Below, one piece after another: positions 62,401 through 64,000 of a DNA stretch of 64,000 nt (its first letter is position 1; the number at the start of each line of letters is the position of its first letter). This DNA comes from Gordius albopunctatus. Taxonomy: Eukaryota. The notes under the pieces were generated by a model. It was given only the letters and a program-made list of their open reading frames with translations. It was not told the origin of the DNA and searched no databases. The DNA is taken from positions 7,688,001-7,752,000 of the forward strand of contig OZ193910.1 of assembly GCA_964276515.1 (NCBI GenBank). Reading direction: 5' to 3'. The position numbers and the translations under genes are program-made.

Positions 62401-64000
62401 ATCTTTAAAAGTTAGTAAATATTCTTAGAATTTTGTCCTTGTTAGAATCTTGATAGGAATTTTTGCGTTGGCGATGTTTGAGATTGAGAGAAATTAAAAT
62501 TTTCGTGCTGCGTTTAGTTTGTTTCAATATCGCTTTATAAGCGTGTCTCTAGTTTTAGTGAAACAAGCTCTATGCGATCGTGATTTACAGTTAATAATTT
62601 TTGATGACTGATCAAAAAAATGTTTTTCAAGGAATTCACCTCTTATACCGAAAACTTTCATGAGAGCTATATGGTTGAACAAAAAAATTGAAAAAATTTT
62701 GAGGTCGAAAAAAATATTATTTTTCAAATTCTTTCGAAAGGGAGATGAAAAAATCTTTAAAAGTTAGTAAATATTCTTAGAATTTTGTCCTTGTTAGAAT
62801 CTTGATAGGAATTTTTGCGTTGGCGATGTTTGAGATTGAGAGAAATTAAAATTTTCGTGCTGCGTTTAGTTTGTTTCAATATCGCTTTATAAGCGTGTCT
62901 CTAGTTTTAGTGAAACAAGCTCGATGCGATCGTGATTTAGAGTTAATAATTTTTGATGACTGATCAAAAAAATGTTTTTCAAGCAATTCACCTGTTATAC
63001 CGAAAACTTTCATGAGAGCTATATGGTTGAACAAAAAAATTGAAAAAATTTTGAGGTCGAAAAAAATATTATTTTTCAAATTCTTTCGAAAGGATGATGA
63101 AAAAATCTTTAAAAGTTAGTAAATATTCTTAGCATTTTGTCCTTGTTAGAATCTTGATAGGAATTTTTGCGTGGGGGGATGTTTTAGATTGAGAGAAATT
63201 AAAATTTAGGTGTTACGTTTATATTGTTTCAATACCGCTTTATAAGCGTGTCTCTAGTTTTAGTGAAACAAGCTCTATGCGATCGTGATTTAGAGTTAAT
63301 AATTTTTGATGACTGATCAAAAAAATGTTTTTCAAAGAATTCACCTCTTATACCGAAAACTTTCATGAGAGCTATATGGTTGAACAAAAAATTGAAAAAA
63401 TTTTGAGGTCGAAAAAATTATTATTTTTCATATTCTTTCGAAAGGGAGATGAAAAAATCTTTAAAAGTTAGTAAATATTCTTAGCATTTTGTCCTTGTTA
63501 GAATCTTGACAGAAATTTAGGCGTGGGGGGATGTTTTAGATTGAGAGAAATTAAAATTTAGGTGTTGCGTTTATATTGTTTCAATATCGCTTTATAAGCG
63601 TGTCTCTAGTTTTAGTGAAACAAGCTCTATGCGATCGTGATTTAGAGTTAATAATTTTTGATGACTGATCAAAAAAATGTTTTTAAAGGAATTCACCTCT
63701 TATACCGAAAACTTTCATGAGAGCTATATGGTTGAACAAAAAAATAGAAAAAATTTTGAGGTCGAAAAAATTATTATTTTTCATATTCTTTCGAAAGGGA
63801 GATGAAAAAATCTTTAAAAGTTAGTAAATATTCTTAGAATTTTGTCCTTGTTAGAATCTTGATAGGAATTTTTGCGTTGGCGATGTTTGAGATTGAGAGA
63901 AATTAAAATTTTCGTGCTGCGTTTAGTTTGTTTCAATATCGCTTTATAAGCGTGTCTCTAGTTTTAGTGAAACAAGCTCTATGCGATCGTGATTTACAGT
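53300..64000. repeat. Terminal domain built from short variable higher-order units (offsets 2447, 1762, 2780, 1742, 1038 bp) around a conserved 3-monomer core
   Basis: The ORF triplet pattern (+352, +352) starts at 53441, 55888, 57650, 60430 and 62172. Markers are GCTGCGTTTAGTTTGTTT and GATTTACAG. Confidence 0.85.

Larger units (their letters stand above)
1..64000. repeat. Tandem satellite DNA array, ~353-bp AT-rich monomer, ~180-185 head-to-tail copies, single orientation, runs off both window edges
   Basis: Landmarks such as ATCGCTTTATAAGCG, GACTGATCAAAAAAATG, GGTTGAACAAAAAAA and GTCCTTGTTAGAATCTTGA recur every 352-354 bp (331 bp in deletion monomers) throughout. The same minus-strand ORF recurs at 352/353-bp multiples. 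No non-satellite sequence was found. Confidence 0.99.

Noticed and set aside
206..63079. Repeated 61-77 aa minus-strand ORFs (MKNNIFFDLKIF...)
   Set aside because: They are one frame of the satellite monomer. They are broken in about half of the copies by A-tract length changes, the 22-bp deletion or stops. The start toggles between ATG and TTG, the composition is F/K/I-rich as expected from AT-rich DNA, and no domain is recognisable.
1..64000. CRISPR-like or variable-cassette array
   Set aside because: There are no unique spacers. The whole unit is repeated with only SNP or indel variation, and no cas, recombinase or RT genes are present.

Overview
The whole 64-kb window is one uninterrupted, head-to-tail, single-orientation array of an AT-rich satellite. 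The monomer is ~352-354 bp, and there are roughly 180-185 copies. I see no genes, RNA genes, transposon insertions or inversions. All ORFs in the supplied track are the same short minus-strand frame repeated once per monomer and are not credible CDSs. The array looks like eukaryotic (peri)centromeric or heterochromatic satellite DNA, but I cannot assign the family or organism with confidence. The informative signal is the internal architecture: (i) monomers are mosaics of a few dimorphic blocks, and subtypes change along the array; (ii) a chain of local multi-monomer duplications has changing periods (3, 7, 10, 8, 6, 8, 15, 7, 5, 8 monomers), plus one long-range ~16.8-kb copy; (iii) a 331-bp monomer class lacks exactly a 22-bp TGT...ACA imperfect hairpin, in 21 copies and two lineages; (iv) one rearranged monomer at ~33.55-33.73 kb has a 35-bp loss exactly balanced by a 35-bp gain; (v) the monomer is rich in short dyads; (vi) three collinear motifs resemble the Arabidopsis CEN178 repeat as I recall it, which is unverified. 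Duplication boundaries were read by eye and are approximate.
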